Below, in pieces: positions 37,441-47,009 of a stretch of DNA of 64,000 nucleotides (its first letter is position 1; each line of letters starts with the position of its first letter). The translations under genes and the position numbers were made by a program. Source of the DNA: an uncultured Methanosarcinaceae archaeon (GTDB taxonomy: Archaea > Halobacteriota > Methanosarcinia > Methanosarcinales > Methanosarcinaceae); NCBI GenBank assembly GCA_963733675.1, contig CAVTET010000004.1:128001-192000 (forward strand), in the 5' to 3' direction. The notes under the pieces are model-generated. The model was not told the DNA's origin and did no database searches. It worked only from the letters and a program-made list of their open reading frames with translations.

Positions 37441-37597
37441 ATGATGCCTCCTTTTTCGCCAAACAAAATTTATAACACGAAACTTCATTCGGCGGTAAAC
37501 TAAATTTTGTGTGTAACAATGAAATTTTAAATTACATCTTCAATCCAGTCAGAATGTACTATGACACTAATCATTTTCATTCGGCATGCCAATGAAA

Positions 37598-38446
<849 letters not shown>

Positions 38447-38644
38447 TTAGAGTTTATCCGAAAACTCATCATTTATTTATTTAAACATCATACTCTTTTG
38501 AACACCATATTTGAAACAATCAATAGCTTCTGAACAGAAATAGCGATATTTGTCTTCCGTTGCTCACTTCTTTTTATGACCCCCAGAGTATAGTTCGTGT
38601 GCATTTGGTATGTTTATTTCTAAATAATTAGTGACAAATTTAAA

Positions 38645-38679
38645 GGAATACAGAAACCTATTACCTATTTAGTTATATA
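38645..38679 (-). promoter_or_regulatory. anfH promoter: TATA box followed by NrpR-like operator(s)
   Basis: Minus strand TTTATATAACTAAATAGGTAATAGGTTTCTGTATTCC ~220 bp upstream of anfH; duplicated at 27462-27496. Confidence 0.7.
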
Positions 38680-38920
38680 AATAGTTTTTTATCACTTAGT
38701 GTTATCAATTTTTTGGTTATAACATACTATTCTAGGGGCATAGGTAAATCATTACAAAAAACAACATCAGTAATTCTGTTATTCCTGAAAAAAGTACTTG
38801 ATTTGTCTTGTATTGAATTTATGATTCAAACCCGAGTTTGACAGTTTAATAAAAGTACTTGCTCTTTTTTAAGTCCCAAATTTCTAATACCAAAACTAAA
38901 ATTACCATCTTTATTCTCAT

Positions 38921-38960
38921 TCGAATACCAAGCAGCTTGCTGCAGGGATGGAAACTTCCC
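38921..38960. mobile_element. Solitary IS200/IS605-type end
   Basis: TCGAATACCAAGCAGCTTGCTGCAGGGATGGAAACT resembles the ends at 20074 and 20660-20696. Confidence 0.55.
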
Positions 38961-39024
38961 CGGAAACCGTTGTTAATTAACAAACGTTAGAAACTATTTA
39001 TGTTATAGTTAGTATTTTGTATTG

Positions 39025-39058
39025 TTTATCTATATATATATATATATATATAGATAAA
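39025..39058. repeat. 34-bp perfect palindrome TTTATC(TA)11GATAAA
   Basis: Read directly from the sequence. Confidence 0.9.
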
Positions 39059-39554
39059 TAACGTTATTTATATGAGAATCGTAGCTAAACAAAAATAGCG
39101 GTTCAAAAATGTGAAATGATAAAACTTAAAGACTGTCCATAAAGTCATTAATGGCATGTTGTAAAGTATCCAGACAGGTAGCGGAAAATATACGTAAATG
39201 TTATGAACTCATTAGAAGCCCATGGTGAAGTTTAAATCACCGCGCTAATAGAAGATTACAGACTTGCTAAAAATTATGCTTTAGATGGATTATAAGGATA
39301 TATTTTTATAATTTGCATACTATAAATTAGTTTCAAAATATCAAGATGATATTCAAAGTTTAACCCAGGCAAATAGCAGGCAAAACATTAAGCTGCTTCT
39401 GGCCAGTGCAGAAAAAAGAAGGTGGGTGGATATTTTGCTTAGTTAGGCTACAATTAAGCCAGCATATAAAATGAAAAATAAAGTATATTCGTGAAAATAG
39501 GTCTAATTCGGATAAAAACGTTTAGACAATCAGTAATTTGTGACTTTATTTAGC

Positions 39555-39971
39555 TCAAACAAACTTCTCTAGAATTTCTTTTCTAATTTCATCTGTGTCT
39601 TTAACTATTATCTCAACATTCTCATTTTTGTTGTCTGAAACTGAATTAATTTTCCTATAGACCCTTCTTCCAAAGTCTGCCGAAAAGCGTCTCTCGAGTA
39701 TCCAAAGACATATCCGAGTGTCTCCAGCTTTTGCCGCTAAGTTTAGGCGTTCCAAAAGTGCTTTTGCGGCATCAGCATTCCGCTGTTGGATAAATGTATA
39801 AAACTCAAAATATTTTCCAGATTTCTCTATCTTACCCCTATTCATATAATAATTGAAAGTTTTATACGTGATTCCTGCAGCTTCGGCAGCAAGAGAATAT
39901 GTGAGTCCCAAAGAAACATTATCACCGATTTTATTTTGTAGTTCAGGAGTTAATTTACAAGGTCTCGCCAT
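39555..39971 (-). CDS. Terminase small subunit-like HTH protein
   Basis: MARPCKLTPE...AAEAAGIT..TF..Y HTH, then WILERRF..DFGR; resemblance judged by eye. Confidence 0.55.
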   Translation of the reverse strand: MARPCKLTPELQNKIGDNVSLGLTYSLAAEAAGITYKTFNYYMNRGKIEKSGKYFEFYTFIQQRNADAAKALLERLNLAAKAGDTRICLWILERRFSADFGRRVYRKINSVSDNKNENVEIIVKDTDEIRKEILEKFV

Positions 39972-40597
39972 GGTCGCACCGTTTTTTATTTTAAATAATT
40001 GATATAAGTGGATCTTGTATTTAATATTAAGTTAGTTTTGTTCCGTATTAGATGGGCTTTAGGCTGGATTATTCAAAAAGAACTATTAGAGTGGTGTTCG
40101 ATATGTTTGACTATGCTAATTAATTAATAGGACTCTCACTAAAAGTCTCCCTACTATCCCCAGAATAAGGCCATTGTTTGGACAAATCAAATCCCCATGA
40201 TTTTACTGCCATGGCACGGTGAGTACCCACGAGACATTTTTCATATATTTTCATTACTTTTAAATAATATAAATTACATATATATTATATTTACTTCCAT
40301 TTTTAGATAGGATTTCGCATAAATTACATAACACTGCAGTTCACGAGATCAACGTTTTTGGTATCTAAGGTTAGCCTGATCACGATAATGTCTAAATAAA
40401 TTTTGATTTTAAAATTAATAACATTATGGTTGCAATTTTGGCTATCAAGTCAATTAATAAAAATTTATGGCACCTTTTGCCGTCTCTTGGCACTTCGAAG
40501 GATATTAGATAGATATTGCTTTATAAAGTTGGGCTTTATCTAACATGATATTTAATGTATATACATCCATATAATTTAATTTTATTACCTGGAATCG

Positions 40598-40954
40598 TTA
40601 TTCGGTTGTTAACACGTGTATTTTTAAAGTGGGATATCCTTCATAAAAATTATCACATAAAACAGTTACAATGGGACTTTTACCCCGTTGTCTTATAGTT
40701 TTGATCATCCCACAATTTTCTAAATCGTCCAATGCTTTCGGAAAAGCCCAATCCGGGATAGGTAAAAATGAATTTATACCTTTTAAAGTGACTACTAAAT
40801 CATTAGATTTCTTCACCCCTTTTAAATGCCAAATATACATAGCCATCCTGTATGTATGCCCCACTGAATTGGATGGTAACTTCACAATCCATTCTGAAGG
40901 CATTTGAGCTATGAAAGAACCTTTTATTTTATCTTTAGAATTTACCAACATCAT
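40598..40954 (-). CDS. Winged-helix protein of the PolA module (putative origin-binding protein)
   Basis: KALDDLENCGMIKTIRQRGKSPIVTV wHTH-like C-terminus; directly downstream of the repeat array. Confidence 0.55.
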   Translation of the reverse strand: MMLVNSKDKIKGSFIAQMPSEWIVKLPSNSVGHTYRMAMYIWHLKGVKKSNDLVVTLKGINSFLPIPDWAFPKALDDLENCGMIKTIRQRGKSPIVTVLCDNFYEGYPTLKIHVLTTE

Positions 40955-41054
40955 CTTACCCCATTATAATACTATTTTTAAATATTAAGAATAAATAAAG
41001 AAGATATATAAAAGAAATATAAGTAGTAAAACCGATATCATAAGACTTTAGAAT

Positions 41055-41159
41055 TTAGCTGTACAGCTAATTAATTTTAGCTGTAGGGCGAAATATATTT
41101 TGCTGTGCAGCTAATTAATCTTGCTCTACAGCTAAATTGGAATTTGGCTTTATAGCTAA
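41055..41159. repeat. Array of five 16-bp imperfect palindromes (consensus TTAGCTGTACAGCTAA), iteron-like
   Basis: Units start at 41055, 41077, 41099, 41120 and 41144; next to a very AT-rich tract at 40955-41050. Confidence 0.85.
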
Positions 41160-41205
41160 ATGGAATAGTCTGCCAAAGATTTTTGAGCCCCATTTATTAT
41201 GATTT

Positions 41206-42960
41206 TTACTCTTGCTTTACTTCTGTGAGTATCCGCATAATAAGCTCCCAAGTTTCGGCACCTTTCTCGTCTATATACCTGTAAGGATAGCGGACAATAT
41301 CGACATCCGTTTTCAGTCTGTTACCAGCACCTAAAACAAGTTCGGATGCATCAGACATCAGCTTTCTTGCTTCCTCTATCTCTTTGTCTGCCCCTTTTTC
41401 ATCGCACTCAATCATCAACGCATCGTGAACTGGAGCAACAATTTTAATTTTATTCTCCGAAAGAAGGATGCATGCGACTCTCAGAATTTCAGCCCCAGTG
41501 GCTTGAATTGGGAAATTTCGGACGGTCAACATTTCCTTATTGCTGGAGCCCGAAACAATCATTTTCCATTTATAACAGGTTTCAATCCTTTTCATTAAGC
41601 AGGCTTGAGTCCAGATCATATCTACCCAGCGCCAATAATTCTTGAAGACTCTTTTATGGTGACTAAGCAGTTCCTTGGCATAAGGTGTAGGCTTATCAAT
41701 TTTAACCCCAAGTGATTCTGCACCCAGGCCATACTGAACACCAAGTACACACGATTTAAAGAGCTGTCTCATACTGCCATGCGTTTCTTTTGTAGCGTCT
41801 GCTGGAACTGCACCTGCTAATTTCGCAAAAGCCAGATATGGATCCCCACTCTGATATGCTTCAATCATATTAGGATCATTAGAGAGAACTGCTGCAATAA
41901 AGAACTCTTGCTGTGCATAATCAATATACGCAAGTACTTTCCCCTCAGTCGGTGTTATGAGACTTCTCAGACTAGCAGGAAGCCCAAACATAAACCTAAC
42001 TCTTAATTCTCCTCTATTTTTTTTCTCTTCGTCATCCTTAGGGGCATTTCTACCGGTCTTAGTCCAGAAAGGAGAGATTAAGGTTCGACTTCTGTCATCT
42101 GAACCAGCTATAATAGACTTGAAGTTTAACCCGCCGATGAGAGCTTTTAATTCTTTCAAAGGCCCGATTTCAGGATGGATTTCCGCCATTTCCTTGAAAG
42201 TTTCCTTATCGGTTTTTGGCAGACCTGTCTCGGTTCTTGGCCACATCCAATTATTGACTTGTATAAATCTTTCGAAATTATTGACCTTAAAACTGGTTCC
42301 TTCGTAAATTCCAAATTTGTCGATATTTTTTATCAATTTGAATTTTATTTTTTCCCAATTTTCTTGTAACTCGTTAAGTAAATCGGCATCAATTGGTATA
42401 CCATAATATTCGATTTCTGCCACATATTTCATATACTCTCCTCGAAAGAGCGAAGTGGGTACGTCGAAATCAGGGACTGTAATCGTCCGTTTGAATAACT
42501 CTACTGTTTCAAGCACGTCAGATTCGCAATAACTCATAATGTATTCTTGATCTTCTTCCGAGTAAGGAGCGCCAGCTAAAACACGATCTCTTGCAGCATC
42601 TTTCTCCACTTTACTAATAGTCTCTATTCCAAAAGCTTTACACGCATCCAGTAAGTTTGCACCTCTTCTTTCATAAGAATGATTAGAAAAGCATCTGTAC
42701 TCTACGAACGTATCAATCACATTGAATGGTAAGGGCCAGTTTAAGACCAGGTGGCATCCCCACTCCGCTGAGCTCATATGGGCAACAAACAAGTCATTTT
42801 CACCTATTGAGTAGGGCGGCTGTGGATTGCTTTCTTCAAAAAGCCACAGTCTTTTAGTTTCGCCAGAATTTATCTCATGGAAAACAACACAGACAGGTAA
42901 GGGATGTTCGCTAGGTTTTGCGATAAATTCGAAGTCCACAATGTAGACGTGGTCAAAAAT
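41206..42960 (-). CDS. Family A DNA polymerase (3'-5' exonuclease + polymerase, no 5' nuclease), fused in frame to the end of the upstream gene
   Basis: ExoI VDFEF, ExoIII YCESDV, motif A IDYAQQE, motif B RQLFKSCVLGVQYG, motif C VHDALMIE. Confidence 0.88.
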   Translation of the reverse strand: MFDHVYIVDFEFIAKPSEHPLPVCVVFHEINSGETKRLWLFEESNPQPPYSIGENDLFVAHMSSAEWGCHLVLNWPLPFNVIDTFVEYRCFSNHSYERRGANLLDACKAFGIETISKVEKDAARDRVLAGAPYSEEDQEYIMSYCESDVLETVELFKRTITVPDFDVPTSLFRGEYMKYVAEIEYYGIPIDADLLNELQENWEKIKFKLIKNIDKFGIYEGTSFKVNNFERFIQVNNWMWPRTETGLPKTDKETFKEMAEIHPEIGPLKELKALIGGLNFKSIIAGSDDRSRTLISPFWTKTGRNAPKDDEEKKNRGELRVRFMFGLPASLRSLITPTEGKVLAYIDYAQQEFFIAAVLSNDPNMIEAYQSGDPYLAFAKLAGAVPADATKETHGSMRQLFKSCVLGVQYGLGAESLGVKIDKPTPYAKELLSHHKRVFKNYWRWVDMIWTQACLMKRIETCYKWKMIVSGSSNKEMLTVRNFPIQATGAEILRVACILLSENKIKIVAPVHDALMIECDEKGADKEIEEARKLMSDASELVLGAGNRLKTDVDIVRYPYRYIDEKGAETWELIMRILTEVKQE

Positions 42961-43501
42961 GGGATGATTATGGTCTTCGATGGTTTTGTCCTTGAAAGCT
43001 ATCTCCATAGCTTTTATTATGTTTTCCGGTTCCTCAGGCCATTCCGGATCCGGAAGTTTACTCATTGCGAAAACCGTATCGTAAACCCCAATTGAGTCAT
43101 TTGTTTGAAGCTTTACCCAATGAGTTTCTGCCTTTTTGTAAGCTAACCTTCTGGTACGGGTTATACTCATGATCCTTCCCCTCTGCGTCAGGTTGGTCGA
43201 TTTCTGAGAGAAATATTTCACCCGACCCGTAGGTAATGCCCGTATAAATTGTGACAAGTTTTAACTTTTTAGTCTCGACCACCTCAGGGTATAGAGCTCG
43301 ATTGAGAAGGTATTTTCCTTCTTCACCACTGCTGCCACCCAAATCTAAAATGTAGGTAGGAAACTTCCATTCGGATTCAGGCCTGATCCTGAAAAATTCC
43401 ACACCAGGTTTAGGTTTCTTGACAGGAATTGAAGTTACTGCACGTTTCACAATGATGGGGGTAGCTTCAGTGACTCGGAGAGCCTAAAAATTAAAAGCCA
43501 T
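42961..43501 (-). pseudogene. PolA-associated hypothetical protein with an in-frame amber at codon 6 and a +1 frameshift near 43158
   Basis: MAFNF*ALRVTEATPIIVKRAVTSIPVKKP...DHEYN|RTRRLAYKKAETHWVK...PDPEWP...AFKDKTIEDHNHP. Confidence 0.65.
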
Positions 43502-43603
43502 TTAAATCCCCCAATGTTAAATAAAAGGTCGCTAGGTTGTACATGCAACCGTTGGTTGCAGAGCTGAAAACGAAAATTATATTTATTGTGTAGACCATAT
43601 TAT

Positions 43604-43840
43604 TCATGATGCATCACTTCTCATTTCTGGGTCGATCTGTTCTTGTAGGTCACTAGCGATGAAAGTAGGCATCTGTAGGGGTGTTTTGCGAAATTTCCGA
43701 TTGCTTGGACGCTGCGGTATTTTCAAAGCACTTTCATCAACACTTTTGGTTAGTATGATTTTTGACTTTTCAACCCATCTTTCTAGGCTCGTATACCTTT
43801 TTTGAAAACCAAGAATATCAAATTCGGTTTTTAGTATCAA
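43604..43840 (-). CDS. Small hypothetical protein in the element operon
   Basis: Start overlaps the upstream stop (43837-43840). Confidence 0.4.
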   Translation of the reverse strand: MILKTEFDILGFQKRYTSLERWVEKSKIILTKSVDESALKIPQRPSNRKFRKTPLQMPTFIASDLQEQIDPEMRSDAS

Positions 43841-44028
43841 AGCAATCCCCTCTCTCGTTTTATAGCTTGAAGAGTTGTTTCTCCACGTTCAACAGAGTTT
43901 TTTATTTGCTGGAGACGATCCTGAGCCATTTGCTCAATTTTGAGCATAGTTTGAAACGCTTTTGGCATGTGCTGATTCAGTTCGATGTTTATGGAAAAAT
44001 TCTTATCATCTTCTGATACAGGATTCAT
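43837..44028 (-). CDS. Small hypothetical protein in the element operon
   Basis: ATGA-type overlap with the AbrB-like gene. Confidence 0.55.
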   Translation of the reverse strand: MNPVSEDDKNFSINIELNQHMPKAFQTMLKIEQMAQDRLQQIKNSVERGETTLQAIKRERGLL

Positions 44029-44231
44029 TGGTATTCACCACCTTGTATAGGGTTAAGAGCTGCCGTATCTTGTAGGGTATCGCCAGCTATGATTCTCAGT
44101 CTTTTTTCGCTGTCCATCTCTACAACTACAGTTTTCACGTCTAAACCCATTGATTTCATCCACTGCATTTGAAGCGAAATCATGTAGCTTCCACTTTGTT
44201 TGATTACGTTTCTTTTTCCAAATTTGAACAT
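44025..44231 (-). CDS. AbrB/MazE-like swapped-hairpin DNA-binding protein
   Basis: RNVIKQSGSYMISL..QWMKSMGL...VVVEMD...LRI; GAGGT RBS. Confidence 0.7.
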   Translation of the reverse strand: MFKFGKRNVIKQSGSYMISLQMQWMKSMGLDVKTVVVEMDSEKRLRIIAGDTLQDTAALNPIQGGEYQ

Positions 44232-44297
44232 ATTTACCTCTTAATTAATGTTGTAATGCAAATTAGAAGATGAAATTAATCATATATATTTATTTTT

Positions 44298-44448
44298 TAT
44301 AGGTAATAAATATCAAAATACCTATATATAGGTAAATTTGTACAATTCACCTACTATTAATATGCCGGTTACCAATATATCTTAATAAACGTTTGAGCTA
44401 CCTATAAAATATGAAAACAGAAACTAATAAAGAACTAATTATAGGTAG
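44298..44448. promoter_or_regulatory. Divergent promoter region with repeated TATAGGTA half-sites and the palindrome TACCTATATATAGGTA (44319-44334)
   Basis: Half-sites at 44298, 44319/44327, 44399 and 44440, between or overlapping two divergent regulator genes. Confidence 0.55.
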
Positions 44449-45421
44449 TTTATTAGAATCCCCAAAAACGACTGGACAATTAGCATGTGAGCTAAACTAT
44501 GTTAATAAAAAAGGCATTGCAGGTTACAGTACAATTAGGAACGATTTACAAGATCTTGTAGAAAATGGATACATTGAAGGTGAAAAGGTAAAATCCGGGA
44601 AACTGGGAATCCCTCCAACATTATATTCAACTACCCTAAACATTCAGAATCTGAAACTGATACTGGAAGAGTATCCTCGCTTGATGCCAAAAATGCAAAA
44701 AAACGCTTCCATTTCCAAAAATATATTATCTCATTATTCGGATATAATTTATGGTTCAAATGATAGTGAATATTATAGCACCTTTGGGGGAAATGGAAAT
44801 GAAGGCTGGTCTATAGAGTCTAGGGAACTATTTATCCACGCCATGTATTCATTTTCTGATCCACTTTCTGATTCACTTAAGAAGGATTGGGAAGAAAATT
44901 CAGGAGATAAACTTTTTGAAAACACAAAAAGAGATTTTGAGAAAAAATTACAATTGTCCCCTGAATTCTTCAGACTTTTTCTGACCAATGACAAGAATAA
45001 ATTAATGATAGATATTAAACAACTTTCTGAGCTGTCAGAAAATAACATAATATACCTAACGGATTGGGACTATGAGCATCATCCAGATAACTCGCTATCG
45101 ATATTTGCAATAACTTTATCCATCAACATAGCATTCGAAGCATGCGTTTCCATGGATATAATAAAAGGACAATCAAATAGAGAAGCTATAAAATACTTAA
45201 CACAAAAAAAGAACGAAATATCAGATGCAGAAATTGCACATTTAAGAAACTATTATATGCATACTAAACTTGCACCTGAGTTTCTTAAAGGGAAAAAATT
45301 AATTCCCATCAAGAACCCCAAACTTGAAAAGATAGAACGAGAATTCAAAGACCATGGAGGAGATTACCTAGTTTATTATACTCCGATAAACCGGGGATAT
45401 AATAACAGGATAGTCTACTAG
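44411..45421 (+). CDS. N-terminal winged-HTH protein, putative element repressor
   Basis: LLESPKTTGQLACEL...YSTIRNDLQDLVENGYI...PTLYS wHTH; C-terminal domain not recognised. Confidence 0.65.
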   Translation: MKTETNKELIIGSLLESPKTTGQLACELNYVNKKGIAGYSTIRNDLQDLVENGYIEGEKVKSGKLGIPPTLYSTTLNIQNLKLILEEYPRLMPKMQKNASISKNILSHYSDIIYGSNDSEYYSTFGGNGNEGWSIESRELFIHAMYSFSDPLSDSLKKDWEENSGDKLFENTKRDFEKKLQLSPEFFRLFLTNDKNKLMIDIKQLSELSENNIIYLTDWDYEHHPDNSLSIFAITLSINIAFEACVSMDIIKGQSNREAIKYLTQKKNEISDAEIAHLRNYYMHTKLAPEFLKGKKLIPIKNPKLEKIEREFKDHGGDYLVYYTPINRGYNNRIVY

Positions 45422-45502
45422 AATTAAGATTTTGACAGTTTAATTCTGTCTATTTCTGGTTTTCAGTTTGGGTGCACAAATCCTATATTAAAAAGTTATT
45501 TT

Positions 45503-46792
45503 TTAAGTTATTTTAGCTAACAGTTCGTTAAGTCTCGTTTCTACCATTTCCTCCATTTTCTTTTCGAGTAGGCGTTCTAATTCGGAATCTATCGGCTTCA
45601 TTTTCTCGATTTCTGTCCTTAATTCCTGCAGTTCAGAACGCTCTACGACATGCCGTGCTGTCTCAGCCTGTAATATTTGGTTTTCCTGCTTAATCCTGAG
45701 ATATTCCTGGCTTTCGCTTATGTCAGTCTCTTTTTGTATTGTGAGATAAGGCACACAAGTTTTGAATCGTTCTTTTAATTGATCTGCATCGTGCCAGAAG
45801 TAGGTCCTATCTGTTGAGTTAGCTTTGTGTCCAAGCATATGATCAACAAAATAAAAATCAAATCCTGCGTTGATAAGTGCGGAGTTGAAATACTTTCTCA
45901 TGTTGTGGCTTCTTACTATTGCCCATCCATTGGGATTTTCTTTTCCGCACTTCTCAGAGAGCCGAGCATACAATCTATTGAACGAATCATCAGTATACTT
46001 ACGTACGTCTTCCTTTGCTTGCCATTGTTCATCTGTTCCACAAGGCATTTCGAGGTATTTATCTGAAATATTCCTGAGAACGAAGAGATAACCCTCATCT
46101 CTAGTTACAAGTTGTTTTTCTAACTGAGTCCTGCGTACGGGGTTCATTCCTTTCTTCGGAGCCCTGTTTCTGAACTTGATATAATAATTAACTGCATTAG
46201 AGGCTTCTGGTGTTAAAAATGTGCAGAACAGAACTCCTGTTTTAGTCCTTCTCAATTTCAGTGTAGTAATTCCTGTTTCAGGGTCGTAATTTCCCTTGAA
46301 ATCGCTTATTCTCAAATTGCATATGTCAGCGGCGGCTAGTCCACTTGAAATACCAGTGAGAACAATAGCTTTTTCTAGCACGTCAGCGACTTTGAGCACG
46401 TCACAGATATCATCTTTCAAAATTTGTTTTGTGTTTTCCTTCTTAGGCTCAACAACATTGTTACCTTGTAACTTTGGGACTTCTACATAGAAAGCTTTGT
46501 AAAAACTGACTACACAGTTAATATAGTTCCTGACTGAAGTGGGCGCAAAATTGTTTTCCAAGTATTTCCTGAAACCAAGTAATCGAGTAAGAATTTTACG
46601 CCTTCTCATAATTATTTGCTTTGAAGCTTCATCTTCCGCTTCAGTCAATAATTCATCTGGTGTTAAGCCAGTAAATTGAATATACTGATTGAAACCGATT
46701 AGGTAGTTATCCACTGTCTTAGGTTTCTTTCTAATAATGTCTATCCACTGTATTATAACAGGATCGTTCTTCAAGTCTGTGTAATTCGTCAT
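45503..46792 (-). CDS. Tyrosine recombinase/integrase
   Basis: RRTKTG (K), SHNMRKYF (HxxR), MLGHK and TYF (Y) motifs; C-terminal coiled coil; starts next to attR. Confidence 0.92.
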   Translation of the reverse strand: MTNYTDLKNDPVIIQWIDIIRKKPKTVDNYLIGFNQYIQFTGLTPDELLTEAEDEASKQIIMRRRKILTRLLGFRKYLENNFAPTSVRNYINCVVSFYKAFYVEVPKLQGNNVVEPKKENTKQILKDDICDVLKVADVLEKAIVLTGISSGLAAADICNLRISDFKGNYDPETGITTLKLRRTKTGVLFCTFLTPEASNAVNYYIKFRNRAPKKGMNPVRRTQLEKQLVTRDEGYLFVLRNISDKYLEMPCGTDEQWQAKEDVRKYTDDSFNRLYARLSEKCGKENPNGWAIVRSHNMRKYFNSALINAGFDFYFVDHMLGHKANSTDRTYFWHDADQLKERFKTCVPYLTIQKETDISESQEYLRIKQENQILQAETARHVVERSELQELRTEIEKMKPIDSELERLLEKKMEEMVETRLNELLAKIT

Positions 46793-46805
46793 CTAACCAG
46801 TTTTT

Positions 46806-46840
46806 ATACATTCTAACAAATAAATACGTTTTCATACTAA
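46806..46840. repeat. attR: arm repeat ATACATTCTAACAA plus core ATACTAA
   Basis: Mirror of attL, with a 13/14-bp core-to-arm spacing. Confidence 0.88.
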
Positions 46841-47009
46841 AAGCCGCACATTAAATCACCACGTCCATTCCAAAGAAGTCCTTGTCGAAATGACCCACGA
46901 AATCATGAGTGAGTTACTTTTGGAAAGCCACGTCAAGTTCCGACGTGTGGGAGTTCGGATAAGTTCTCTTCTGAAAAGAAAAGGTCAGAAGAGTCTTTTT
47001 GACTATTGA
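46841..47009 (+). pseudogene. dinB: Displaced 3' end of the host dinB (~56 aa)
   Basis: KSRTLNHHVHSKEVLVEMTHEIMSELLLESHVKFRRVGVRISSLLKRKGQKSLFDY*: little-finger RRVGV and PIP box QKSLFDY, in frame with 25299-25957. Confidence 0.92.

Noticed and set aside
41055-41159. Possible mini CRISPR array
   Set aside because: 16-bp units with 5-8 bp gaps and no cas genes; fits protein-binding repeats better
44298-44334. Shared ATAGGTAA between the element switch and the anf promoter, suggesting cross-regulation
   Set aside because: Only an 8-10 bp AT-rich match with a different arrangement; chance is plausible
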